64,000 nucleotides of DNA from an uncultured Chloroflexia bacterium. Its GTDB lineage: Bacteria > Chloroflexota > Anaerolineae > CG2-30-64-16. The notes beneath the pieces are model-generated. The model ran no database searches, was not told the origin of the DNA, and worked only from the letters and a program-made list of their open reading frames with translations. Position 1 is the first letter of the stretch. The number at the start of each line of letters is the position of its first letter. The translations under genes were made by a program, and so were the position numbers. Of this stretch, positions 19,604 to 28,959 are shown piece by piece. The stretch is from NCBI GenBank assembly GCA_963810095.1, contig CAWEMM010000006.1:896001-960000 (forward strand), in the 5' to 3' direction.

Positions 19604-21586
19604 ATGGCAAAGGTAACCATCGTTCCGAGCATTGACCCCGCGGCGTGCAATATCCTCGAATGGGCCGACAGCGCCGGGATTTCGACCTCTTTCAGCCGCG
19701 CGGCCGACTTCAAGCCTTGCACGATCGGCAACGGCCAGTCTGGCATCTGCTGCAAGAACTGCTACATGGGCCCCTGCCGCCTTACCAAGGACGGCCAGGT
19801 GGGCATCTGCGGCGCGACGGTCGACACGATCGCGGCACGCAACCTGGCGCGCGCGATTGCCGCCGGCTCGGCCGCCCACTCGGACCACGGCCGCGACCTG
19901 GCGTTCACGCTGCAAGCAGTCGGGTTGGGCGAAGCCCAGGGCTACGAAATCCGCGACGAGGCGAAGCTGTACGCAGTGGCCGCCAAGCACGGCATCCCGA
20001 CCAAGGGTCGCTCGGTCAAGGAAGTGGCGCTCGACATCGCCAATAAGTCGATCGCCGAGTTCGGCCAGCAGCGCGGTCAGCTGAGCTACCTCTCTCAGGC
20101 GCCGGCCAAGCGCCAGGCGATCTGGAAGAAAGAGGGCGTGGCGCCTCGCGGCATCGACCGCGAAGTCGTGGAAATCCTCCACCGCACGCACATGGGCGAC
20201 GATCAGGACGCGGGCCACATTCTGCAAGCGTCCATCCGCACCTCGCTATCCGACGGATGGGGCGGCTCCATGTGGGCCACCGACATCTCTGACATCCTCT
20301 TCGGCACCCCCAGCCCCAAGGTGGGCGAGGTCAACCTGGGCTGCCTCGAAGAAAAGCAGGTCAACATCATCGTCCACGGCCACGAGCCGACCCTCTCCGA
20401 GATGATCGTGACCGCCGTTCAGGACCCCGAACTGATCGCCTACGCCAAGAGCAGGGGCGCCGAAGGCATCAACCTGGCGGGCATCTGCTGCACGTCGAAC
20501 GAAGTGATGATGCGCCAGGGCATCGCGTCGGCCGGGAACTTCCTGAACCAGGAGCTCGCAATCCTGACGGGCGCCATCGAAGCGATGGTGGTGGACGTTC
20601 AGTGCATCATGCAGTCCCTCGTGGGGGTTGCCGACCACTTCCATACCGAGATCATCACCACCAGCCCCAAGGTGAAGATGACGGGCGCGACCCACATCGA
20701 GTTTGACGAGCACCACGCCCTCGACATCGCCAAGGACATTGTGAAGCGCGCGTGCGACAACTACGCGAACCGCGGCGAGACTCGCATCCCCAAGTCGAGC
20801 GCGCAAGCCGTCGTTCCCGGCTTCAGCCACGAATATCTGAACTACATGCTCGGCGGCATGTATCGCCAGTCCTTCCGGCCGCTCAATGAGGCAATCGCGA
20901 CGGGCCGCCTGCGCGGTGTCGCGGCCGACGTGGGCTGCAACAACCCCGGCCTGACCCAGGACAAGGCGCACATGGAGGTCATCACCGAGCTCCTGAAGAA
21001 CGACGTCCTGGTCGTCGCCACGGGCTGCGGCGCGCTTGCGGCCGGCAAATACGGCTACCTCCTCGGCGAGGCGGGTCTCGATCGGGTGGGCCCCGGCCTG
21101 CGCGAAATCTGCGAAACCATCGGCATCCCGCCCGTGCTGCACCTCGGCTCCTGCGTCGACAACAGCCGCATCTTGACGGTTCTTTCGCAGATGGCGACTG
21201 AAGGCGGCCTGGGCGACGACATCAGCGACATCCCGGCCGTCGGCCTGGCGCCCGAGTGGATGAGCGAGAAGGCGCTGGCCATCGCGGCCTACTGCGCCGG
21301 CTCTGGGGCGTATGTCATGATGGGCGTCCGCAACCCCGTGGACTTCTCGGACGGCGTCACCGAAATCCTGTCGAAGGACTGGGAAGAGCGCTACGGCGGC
21401 AAGCTGGAGTTCGTGGTCGAGCCCGCTGAGATCGTCCGCCGGACGCTGGAGCACATCGACAAGAAACGCGCTGCGCTCAAGCTGCCCGCCTACGATCCGA
21501 CCCGCTTCGGCGCCTCTGGCGACCAGGCGATGGAGACCTATCTCGAGCTGCCCGTCGAAGAGCAGATGTCGGAGATCTACGGATAA
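19604..21586 (+). CDS. cooS: Anaerobic Ni,Fe CO dehydrogenase catalytic subunit
   Basis: CCKNCYMGPC, HSDHGR, HGHEP, GICCT, DVQCI, GCNN, TGC, GSCVD, EWMSEKA. Confidence 0.98.
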   Translation: MAKVTIVPSIDPAACNILEWADSAGISTSFSRAADFKPCTIGNGQSGICCKNCYMGPCRLTKDGQVGICGATVDTIAARNLARAIAAGSAAHSDHGRDLAFTLQAVGLGEAQGYEIRDEAKLYAVAAKHGIPTKGRSVKEVALDIANKSIAEFGQQRGQLSYLSQAPAKRQAIWKKEGVAPRGIDREVVEILHRTHMGDDQDAGHILQASIRTSLSDGWGGSMWATDISDILFGTPSPKVGEVNLGCLEEKQVNIIVHGHEPTLSEMIVTAVQDPELIAYAKSRGAEGINLAGICCTSNEVMMRQGIASAGNFLNQELAILTGAIEAMVVDVQCIMQSLVGVADHFHTEIITTSPKVKMTGATHIEFDEHHALDIAKDIVKRACDNYANRGETRIPKSSAQAVVPGFSHEYLNYMLGGMYRQSFRPLNEAIATGRLRGVAADVGCNNPGLTQDKAHMEVITELLKNDVLVVATGCGALAAGKYGYLLGEAGLDRVGPGLREICETIGIPPVLHLGSCVDNSRILTVLSQMATEGGLGDDISDIPAVGLAPEWMSEKALAIAAYCAGSGAYVMMGVRNPVDFSDGVTEILSKDWEERYGGKLEFVVEPAEIVRRTLEHIDKKRAALKLPAYDPTRFGASGDQAMETYLELPVEEQMSEIYG

Positions 21587-21600
21587 GGGAGAGTAAATAC

Positions 21601-23880
21601 ATGTCTCGTTACATCGCCACTCGCGCGATCCGCGGCGCCAACCTGATCACGCAAGAAGCCGAGGCACTGCTCAACAAAGCCATCGCCGAGTATGGGTCTG
21701 ACAAGCCGGTGGCTTTTCCGAATACCGCCTACTACTTGCCGACGATCTTCGGCATGACCGGCCGCGAAGTCACCAAGCTGGGCGAGTTGCCCCCGGTGCT
21801 CGAGCACGCCAAGGATCTCCTGCACCCCGTGCCGACCGCCAACTGCTGGACGCCCTACCTGGGCGAGACCCTGGATTCGGGCATGGCGACGCTGCTCTCC
21901 GCGGAGATCATCGAGGCCATCCGTTTCATCTACGGCGAAGAGCCCGGCAGCCTGCCCGGGTTCCACATGGCCGGCGGCTCGTTCACCAGCCCCGATGGAT
22001 CCGTTTCGAACGGCAACGGGCGCTTGAACGGCCCCATTGACGACATCCAGCTGCGCGCCTGGGGCATCCAGCTCGTCGACGGCCGCATGCCCGGCTTCGC
22101 CGCCATCGTCGGCGCGGCGAAGAGCAATGAGGTCGCGGTCAAGATCGTGCGCGAGCTGCAGAAGCGCAACATCCTCATCTTCCTGTGCGGCAACACCAAC
22201 GGGCGCTCGATGATCCAGCAGCTGCAGGAAGAGGGCGTCGAGATGGGTTACGACACGTACATCGTGCCCTTCGGCAACGACACCCTCTCGGCCATCTACC
22301 CGATCGGTTTCGCCACCCGCTCGGCCTTGACGTTCGGCGGCATGAAGGGCGGTCAGGCGAAGGACATCCTGCTCTATAACCGCCAGCGCGTCTTCGCCTT
22401 CGTGCTCGCCCTGGGCGAGGTCGACGATCTGAAGTACGCCGCGGCCGCGGGCGCGATCAACTACGGTTTCCCCGTCATCGCCGACACTCGCATCCCGCAG
22501 ATCCTGCCGACCGGCGTGACCACCTACGAGCACGTCATCTCCATGCCTTTCAACGAGATTGAAGGCAAGGATGACCTCGAACGGGCGGAGAAGCTGGTCC
22601 AGAAATGCATCGAGACGCGCGGCGTCAAGATCAAGATGACCGAAGTCCCGATCCCGGTGCCCTACGGCTCGGCTTTCGAGGGCGAAGTCGTGCGCAAGAA
22701 AGACATGCGCGTCGAGTTCGGCGGCAAATACAGCCGGGCGTTCGAGTACCTGCGCATGGTTGACATGGACCAGGTGGAAGACGGCAAGATCGAGGTGATC
22801 GGGCCGAGCTTCGAGGACCTGCCGGAAGGTGCGTCGATCGACATGGGCATCCTGGTCGAAGTGGCCGGCCGCAAGATGCAAAAGGACTTTGAGCCGGTGC
22901 TCGAGCGCCAGATTCACTACTTCGTCAACGGCGCGAGCGGCATCCAGCACATCGGCCAGCGTGACATCACGTGGATCCGCATCGGCACGGCTGCGGCGAG
23001 CAAGGGCTTCGCCTTGAAGCACTTCGGCGACATCCTGCACGCTCGCTTCATGGCCGACTTCGGCGCGATCGTCGACAAGGTCCAGGTCAAGATCATCACC
23101 GACCCCGCGCTCCACGCCGAGTGGCTGCAGAACGCCCGCGATGCGTATGACTACCGCAACAATCGGCTGGCCGACATGACTGACGAGGCGGTGGACGAGT
23201 TCTACACCTGCACGCTTTGCCAGTCGTTCGCACCCACCCACTTGTGCCTGGTCAGCCCCCAGCGCCTGGGCCTGTGTGGTGCCTACAACTACCTGGACTG
23301 CGCGGCCTCCTACCAGATCAACCCGACCGGCCCCAACCAGCCGATCCGGAAGGGCACGACCCTCGACAAGACGAAGGGCATCTTCGTCGGTCTGAACGAG
23401 ATCGCCAAGCAGAAGTCGAACGGGACCGTCGAAGAAGTCTCGATGTACTCCATCATGAACGCACCGATGACGGCCTGCGGCTGCTTCGAATGCATCGTGA
23501 TGCTGATCCCCGAGGCCAACGGCGTGATGGTCGTCTCCCGCGAGGACACGAGCATGACCCCGGCCGGCATGACGTTCTCGACCCTGGCGGGCATGGCCGG
23601 CGGCGGCTTGCAGACACCTGGCGTCATGGGCGTGGGCAAGTACTACCTGACCAGCCCCAAGTTCATCTCGGCTGACGGCGGCTTCTCGCGCGTCGTCTGG
23701 ATGTCTTCGGTGCTCAAGCAGACCATGGCGGCCGAGCTGCAGGTTGTGGCCGAGCGCGAGGGCGATCCGGACCTGATCTCGAAGATCGCCGACGAGACGA
23801 TCTGCACGGACGTAGACGGGCTGCTGGCGCACCTGGAGTCGACTGCACATCCGGCGCTGATGCTGGACCCGATGTTCTAA
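21601..23880 (+). CDS. acsB: Acetyl-CoA synthase (bacterial-type, with N-terminal domain)
   Basis: FPNTAYYLP, CTLCQSFAPTHLC, RLGLCGA, PMTACGCFEC, GMTFSTLAG. Confidence 0.98.
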   Translation: MSRYIATRAIRGANLITQEAEALLNKAIAEYGSDKPVAFPNTAYYLPTIFGMTGREVTKLGELPPVLEHAKDLLHPVPTANCWTPYLGETLDSGMATLLSAEIIEAIRFIYGEEPGSLPGFHMAGGSFTSPDGSVSNGNGRLNGPIDDIQLRAWGIQLVDGRMPGFAAIVGAAKSNEVAVKIVRELQKRNILIFLCGNTNGRSMIQQLQEEGVEMGYDTYIVPFGNDTLSAIYPIGFATRSALTFGGMKGGQAKDILLYNRQRVFAFVLALGEVDDLKYAAAAGAINYGFPVIADTRIPQILPTGVTTYEHVISMPFNEIEGKDDLERAEKLVQKCIETRGVKIKMTEVPIPVPYGSAFEGEVVRKKDMRVEFGGKYSRAFEYLRMVDMDQVEDGKIEVIGPSFEDLPEGASIDMGILVEVAGRKMQKDFEPVLERQIHYFVNGASGIQHIGQRDITWIRIGTAAASKGFALKHFGDILHARFMADFGAIVDKVQVKIITDPALHAEWLQNARDAYDYRNNRLADMTDEAVDEFYTCTLCQSFAPTHLCLVSPQRLGLCGAYNYLDCAASYQINPTGPNQPIRKGTTLDKTKGIFVGLNEIAKQKSNGTVEEVSMYSIMNAPMTACGCFECIVMLIPEANGVMVVSREDTSMTPAGMTFSTLAGMAGGGLQTPGVMGVGKYYLTSPKFISADGGFSRVVWMSSVLKQTMAAELQVVAEREGDPDLISKIADETICTDVDGLLAHLESTAHPALMLDPMF

Positions 23881-23886
23881 AGATGA

Positions 23887-23926
23887 GCGCCTGGTGGGGC
23901 TGCCTGCGGGCAGCCCCACCAGGCGC
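23887..23926 (+). other. Perfect 18-bp stem-loop without U-tract after acsB
   Basis: GCGCCTGGTGGGGCTGCC-TGCG-GGCAGCCCCACCAGGCGC. Confidence 0.7.
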
Positions 23927-23965
23927 CGGCCTTCAGGCCGGGTACAACACCGAAGACGACAGACA

Positions 23966-24451
23966 ATGAGTGAACCGCTTCTCGTGCGCGATGTGATGCG
24001 CATCGGCGTTCCTACCTGCAAGGTGGAGGACGCGATCGTGCCGCTGGCCCAGCAAATGCTGGACCAGGGATGGACGGCCGTCGTGGTGATGGACGACGAT
24101 GGGGACGCCCGCGGGTGGATTAACGAGCGCATGTTGGCCGTGGCGTACGCCTCCGGCGACCGCGCCGGCGAGTTGACGGCTGCCGACATTATGGACGAAG
24201 ATGTGCCTGAAGCTCCGGTCGACATCCCATTGACTGCCACCATCCAAATCATGGCGGACATGGGCGTCGACCATCTTTTCTTCATGCACAATGCCGGGGG
24301 CAAGAGCTGGCCGGCCTCCGTGCTGAACCTTCGGGACGTCGTGAAGGCACTCGCGGGGCCCGAATACATCAAGGCCCAAGGCATGCACGCCGCCCGTCCG
24401 ACACCCATGGACCTTTTCCGGCAGCGCTACAATCTGCCCAAGAAGGCGTGA
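23966..24451 (+). CDS. CBS domain-pair protein
   Basis: LVRDVMRIGVPTC...VVVMDDDGDARGWI...LTAADIMDEDVP...IMADMGVDHL. Confidence 0.75.
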   Translation: MSEPLLVRDVMRIGVPTCKVEDAIVPLAQQMLDQGWTAVVVMDDDGDARGWINERMLAVAYASGDRAGELTAADIMDEDVPEAPVDIPLTATIQIMADMGVDHLFFMHNAGGKSWPASVLNLRDVVKALAGPEYIKAQGMHAARPTPMDLFRQRYNLPKKA

Positions 24452-24578
24452 GCGTGCGGGCTTCGCCCGCACGGGTCGCGCAGGAACATTAACATCCGGT
24501 TCGGCTCAGGGTATAATTGCGTGGACGATCGTGTTATCCCCGTACATGCGATGGTGTGTCCGATGAAGGAGACTAGCC

Positions 24579-25394
24579 GTGCCCGAGCCCGCCCTTAATG
24601 CCGTAGTGGCCCTGCGAACAGAAATCTCACCCTGGTTGATTATCCTGCGCGTCGTCCCGGATGGATGGCAGCTTGCGCCTTTTAGTCCGGGCCAGTTCGC
24701 CGTGATCGGACTCCCCGGCTCGGCGGCTCGTTGCGCCATGTCAGAGCCGGAAGACCCGCCCTCCAACCCCGATAAATTGATTCGCCGGGCCTACTCCATC
24801 GCTTCCTCCTCCGTTACCCAGGAATACATGGAGTTTTACGTGGCGTTGGTCACGTCGGGCGCGCTAACCCCCCGGCTCTTCGCCCTCAGCATTGGCGACC
24901 GGCTCTGGCTGGGCCCCAAGATCACCGGCATGTTTACTTTCGACCAGGTGCCTGAAGATCAGAACGTGGTCATGATCGCGACGGGGACGGGGCTCGCGCC
25001 CTACATGAGCATGCTGACGACGCACCTGATCTGCGGCGGGCCGCGGCGGTTCGCCGTCTTGCACGGCGCACGGCATTCATGGGACCTGGGCTATCGCTCT
25101 GAGCTACTTACGCTGCAGCATCTCTGCAAGAACTTCAGTTACAGCCCGGTCATCAGCCGGCCGCAGAGCGAACCTGTGCCCTGGCAGGGCGCAGGGGGTT
25201 ACGTCCAGGATCTGTGGAAGAACGGAGTTATCGCGCACCGCTGGGGGCTGACGCCCACGCCCGACAACACGCACATTTTCCTCTGCGGCAGCCCGCAGAT
25301 GATCGACGATACCGTCGCCTTGTTACAGAACGAAGGCTATAAAGAACATACAAAGAAAGAGCCCGGCCAGATTCACGTCGAACGGTACTGGTAG
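24579..25394 (+). CDS. fpr: Ferredoxin/flavodoxin-NADP+ reductase (Fpr-type)
   Basis: RRAYSIAS, GALTPRL, ATGTGLAPY, LCGSPQM, C-terminal ERYW; own TATAAT near 24512. Confidence 0.88.
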   Translation: MPEPALNAVVALRTEISPWLIILRVVPDGWQLAPFSPGQFAVIGLPGSAARCAMSEPEDPPSNPDKLIRRAYSIASSSVTQEYMEFYVALVTSGALTPRLFALSIGDRLWLGPKITGMFTFDQVPEDQNVVMIATGTGLAPYMSMLTTHLICGGPRRFAVLHGARHSWDLGYRSELLTLQHLCKNFSYSPVISRPQSEPVPWQGAGGYVQDLWKNGVIAHRWGLTPTPDNTHIFLCGSPQMIDDTVALLQNEGYKEHTKKEPGQIHVERYW

Positions 25395-25453
25395 GGACCC
25401 AAGTACACCCGTAGGGGCGGCTGCGAGTCGCCCCACATTAGGAGGTATGAATC

Positions 25454-26423
25454 ATGCCCGTAACGGTGGAAACTCCTGTCGAAAAATGGGCTGGCACGAT
25501 CCGGCCGGTGGCCGTGGGCGCAACGGCCGGCGAGGGCGGCACCCGAGACAAGGTGGCGAGCCTCGGCGGCGAGACAACGCTGCCCTTCCTTGGCTTTGAG
25601 GGCCAAAACCCAAATCCCCCGCGTCGTGGCGGTCGAAGTCTGGAACCGCAATCCGGGCGAGGAATGGTCCGCAGCACTGACGCAGGCCTGGGGTGAGGTC
25701 CTCAACGACCCGGCGCTTTGGGCTCGCCAGGCCGAGTCGGCGGGCGCGGATGTCATCTGCTTGCGCTTCTTCACGACCGATGCGACGGGCGCACGTATCA
25801 CCGCACAAGCCGCGCGCGCCACCCTGCGCTGCGTCCTCGAAGCTACCAAGCTCCCCTTGATCGTGCTCGGGCCCGGCCAGGCCGAGCTGGATAACGAGGT
25901 GCTGGTCGCGTGCGCCGAAGAAGGCGCGGGCGAGAAGCTGCTGCTGGGTCCATGCGAAGACAAGAACTACCGCACGATCGTCGCAGCCGCCATGGCCAAC
26001 GGCCACCTGGTCACCGCTAAGACCCCGATGGACGTCAACCTCGCCAAGCAGCTCAACATCCTGATCCACGACATGGGCATGCCCATGGAGCGCATCATCA
26101 TCGACCCGACCACCGGCTCGCTCGGATACGGCATCGAGTACGGCTACAGCGTCATGGAACGTCTCCGCCTGGCCGCACTCCAGGGCGATGGCATGACCCA
26201 GCAACCCATGCTGGTGACTCCCGGTGAAGAGGCCTGGCGCGCGAAAGAAGCCCGCACGGGTGAAGGCGTGCCCGCAGCCTGGGGCGACTGGCAGACGCGT
26301 GCGGTCAACTGGGAGACCATGACTGCCGGCGCTTTGGTCGAATCGGGTGCAGATATCGTGGTGCTGCGGCACCCTGAGACGGTGCGGCGGATCAAACAGC
26401 TTGTTGCCGCCCTTGCAGCTTAA
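25454..26423 (+). CDS. acsD: Corrinoid Fe-S protein small subunit (frameshift near 25620)
   Basis: GGETTLPF, DVNLAKQLN, IIIDPTTGSLGYGIEYGYSVMERLRLAALQGD, EAWRAKEA, LRHP. Confidence 0.95.
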
Positions 26424-26474
26424 CACGCTGCAAAGCAGCGTCGCGCTGCGTAGCAGCGTTAGGAGGAATACAAG

Positions 26475-27849
26475 ATGGCCCTGAGTGGTCTCGAGATTTA
26501 CAAGCTGCTCCCCGGCAGCAGCAAGGACCCCGCCGAGAAGGCGCACGGCAACTGCAAGGAGTGCGGTTTCCCCACGTGTCTCGCCTTCGCCATGAAACTG
26601 GCCGCCAAGCAGGCCGACCTGAGCTTGTGCAAGTATGTGAGTGAGGACGCCAAAGCCAAGCTCTCGGCAGCTGCCGCGCCGCCCATCCGCTTGATCACGC
26701 TGGCCGCCGATGGCCGCGAGGTGAAGGCCGGCAACGAGACCGTACTCTTCCGGCATGAGAAGACGTTCTACAACCCGACGGGCATATTCGTGCGGGTGCA
26801 GGACACCATGAGCGCGGCCGAGATCACTGCGCTCGTCCAGGCCGTCGCAGACTACAAGGTCGACTACGTGGGCATGTCGCTCCACCTTGACGGGGTCGCG
26901 GTCGAGTGTGCGTCGGGCGACCCGGCCACCTTCGGCCTGGCCGTTGGCACCGTCGCCTCAGCCGCGGTCTGTCCCCGTCATCCTCGTGAGCGAGGAGCCG
27001 AAGGTGCTGGAGGCCGGCGCAGCCAAGTTGAGCGGATCCAAGCCGCTGCTGTGCGCGGCGACCGCGGCGAACTGGGAAGCTGTGGCCGGCGTAGCCAAGG
27101 CTGCCAAGGCCCCGCTCGTCGTGCGCGCCGAGACGTTGGACGGCCTGGCCGAACTCACCGAAAAGCTGGTCGCGGCGGGTGTGGAAGACCTCGTGCTTGA
27201 TCCGGGGGTACGCCAGTTCGGCGCGTCTCTGCAGGCGTTGACGCAACTGCGCCGCCTCGCCCTCAAGAAGAACTTCCGACCGCTGGGCTACCCGGTCATC
27301 GCCTTCCCCTACCTGGGGACCGTGGAACCGGGAATGGAAATGCTGCTGGCCGGCCAGCAGATTGCCAAGTACGCGGGCTTCGTGGTGCTGAGCCGCTTCG
27401 ACCCGGCCGAGGTCTACCCGCTGCTGGTCCTGCGCGCCAACCTCTTCACCGACCCGCAGAAGCCCATCCAGGTCGAGCCGGGCATCTACGAGATCAACAA
27501 GCCGACCGCCGATTCGCCCGTGCTCGTCACCACGAACTTCTCCATCACCTACTTCGCGGTGGCGAACGAGATGGAGTCGAGCGGCATGCCGGCCTGGCTC
27601 ATCGTGGCCGATGCGGAAGGCATGAGCGTGCTCACAGCCTGGGCCGCCGGCAAGTTCGACGCCGAGAAGATCGGCAAGAGCGTCAAGAACACGGGCGTGG
27701 CCGAGAAGGTCAACCATCGCAAGGTGGTGATCCCGGGCCACGTGGCCGTGCTGATGGGTGAGCTGGAAGAAGAGCTCCCCGGCTGGCAGATCAAGGTCGG
27801 CCCGCGCGAGGCCGTCGACCTGCCGCGATTCCTGAAGACCGCCTGGTAA
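26475..27849 (+). CDS. acsC: Corrinoid Fe-S protein large subunit (frameshift near 26965)
   Basis: MALSGLEIYKLLP..NCKECGFPTCLAFAM, LFRHEKTF, FTDPQKP, TTNFSITYF, GMSVLTAWAAGKF, VGPREA. Confidence 0.96.
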
Positions 27850-27860
27850 GATCGACCATC

Positions 27861-27907
27861 GCGGCGAGACAGGCAGCCAGATGCGACTTGGCCGCCTGTC
27901 TCGCCGC
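27861..27907 (+). terminator. Long GC hairpin after acsC
   Basis: GCGGCGAGACAGGC...GCCTGTCTCGCCGC; weak U-tract. Confidence 0.55.
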
Positions 27908-27921
27908 ATAAACTAGATCGT

Positions 27922-27983
27922 TCGTGCTTTTAATCTCAAATCTGATTAGCGTCATGGTCTTTTTGCGCGCCCGGTGCTAAGCT
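27922..27983 (+). promoter_or_regulatory. nfnAB promoter: Rex-like box, CTGATTAGCGTCAT box and extended -10 TGcTAAGCT
   Basis: TGA at 27943 lies 35 bp before the -10 at 27978, the same spacing as 18784/18819. Confidence 0.55.
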
Positions 27984-28038
27984 GTGCTTATGCTCGGCAT
28001 GCCGAGCGTTAAGCCGCACTCATTCGAAGAGAGAAGCT

Positions 28039-28959
28039 GTGATGTACAAAATCCTCGAAAAGCAAGTCCTGAGCGACGTCACCAAGCTCGTCGTGGTGGC
28101 CGCTCCGCACGTGGCGCGCAAGGCGAAAGCCGGCCAATTTGTCATCGTCATCGTGGACGAGCAAGGCGAACGCATCCCCCTCACCATCGCAGACAGCGAC
28201 GCCCAGGCCGGAACCATTACTTTGATCTTCCAGGAAGTCGGGAAGTCGACCCTGCAGATGGGCTTGCTGGAAGTAGGCGACGCTTTCCATTCGATCGCCG
28301 GCCCGCTCGGCCACCCCACCGAGATCGAAAACTACGGCACCGTGGTGTGCGTGGCGGGCGGCGTAGGCATCGCGCCCATGTATCCGATCGCGCGCGACCT
28401 GCACAAGGCCGGCAACCGCGTCATCTCCATTATCGGAGCCCGCTCACAGGACCTCCTCTTTTGGGAGGACAAGATGCGGGCCGTGTCCGCCGAGGTGATC
28501 GTCTGCACTGACGATGGCTCATATGGCCGCAAGGCGCTCGTGACACAGCCGCTGAAAGAGCTGCTGGAATCAGGAACCCCGGTCGTCAAGGTCTGGGCGA
28601 TCGGCCCGACGGTCATGATGAAGTTCGTCTCGCTGACCACCCAACCTTTCGGCGTGGAGACTATCGTCAGCTTGAACACGATCATGATCGACGGCACGGG
28701 CATGTGCGGCGGCTGTCGCGTCGCCATGACTGACGGCGCCAAATTCGTCTGCGTCGATGGCCCTGAGTTCAATGGCCACCTGGTCGACTGGAACAACCTC
28801 CTTTCCCGGGTGCAGTTCTACCGCGACGAAGAGAAGGCGGCGATCGAGCACTGGCAGGAAGCAAAGAAAGCACATGAGTGCAACCTCGACGTGGCTGCAG
28901 ACAAGGCGCTGGCGGAAGCCGCATCGGCGCAGGCAGCAGTGACGGAGGGCGAACGATGA
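28039..28959 (+). CDS. nfnA: NADH-dependent reduced ferredoxin:NADP+ oxidoreductase small subunit
   Basis: GERIPLTIAD, GPLGHP, GGVGIAP, MIDGTGMCGGCRV, CVDGPEF. Confidence 0.93.
   Translation: MMYKILEKQVLSDVTKLVVVAAPHVARKAKAGQFVIVIVDEQGERIPLTIADSDAQAGTITLIFQEVGKSTLQMGLLEVGDAFHSIAGPLGHPTEIENYGTVVCVAGGVGIAPMYPIARDLHKAGNRVISIIGARSQDLLFWEDKMRAVSAEVIVCTDDGSYGRKALVTQPLKELLESGTPVVKVWAIGPTVMMKFVSLTTQPFGVETIVSLNTIMIDGTGMCGGCRVAMTDGAKFVCVDGPEFNGHLVDWNNLLSRVQFYRDEEKAAIEHWQEAKKAHECNLDVAADKALAEAASAQAAVTEGER

Noticed and set aside
21577-24408. 943-aa minus-strand ORF (also 33928-36537, 59046-61241, 30399-32189)
   Set aside because: Antisense shadows of clear plus-strand genes, typical of high-GC codon bias; no recognisable motifs.
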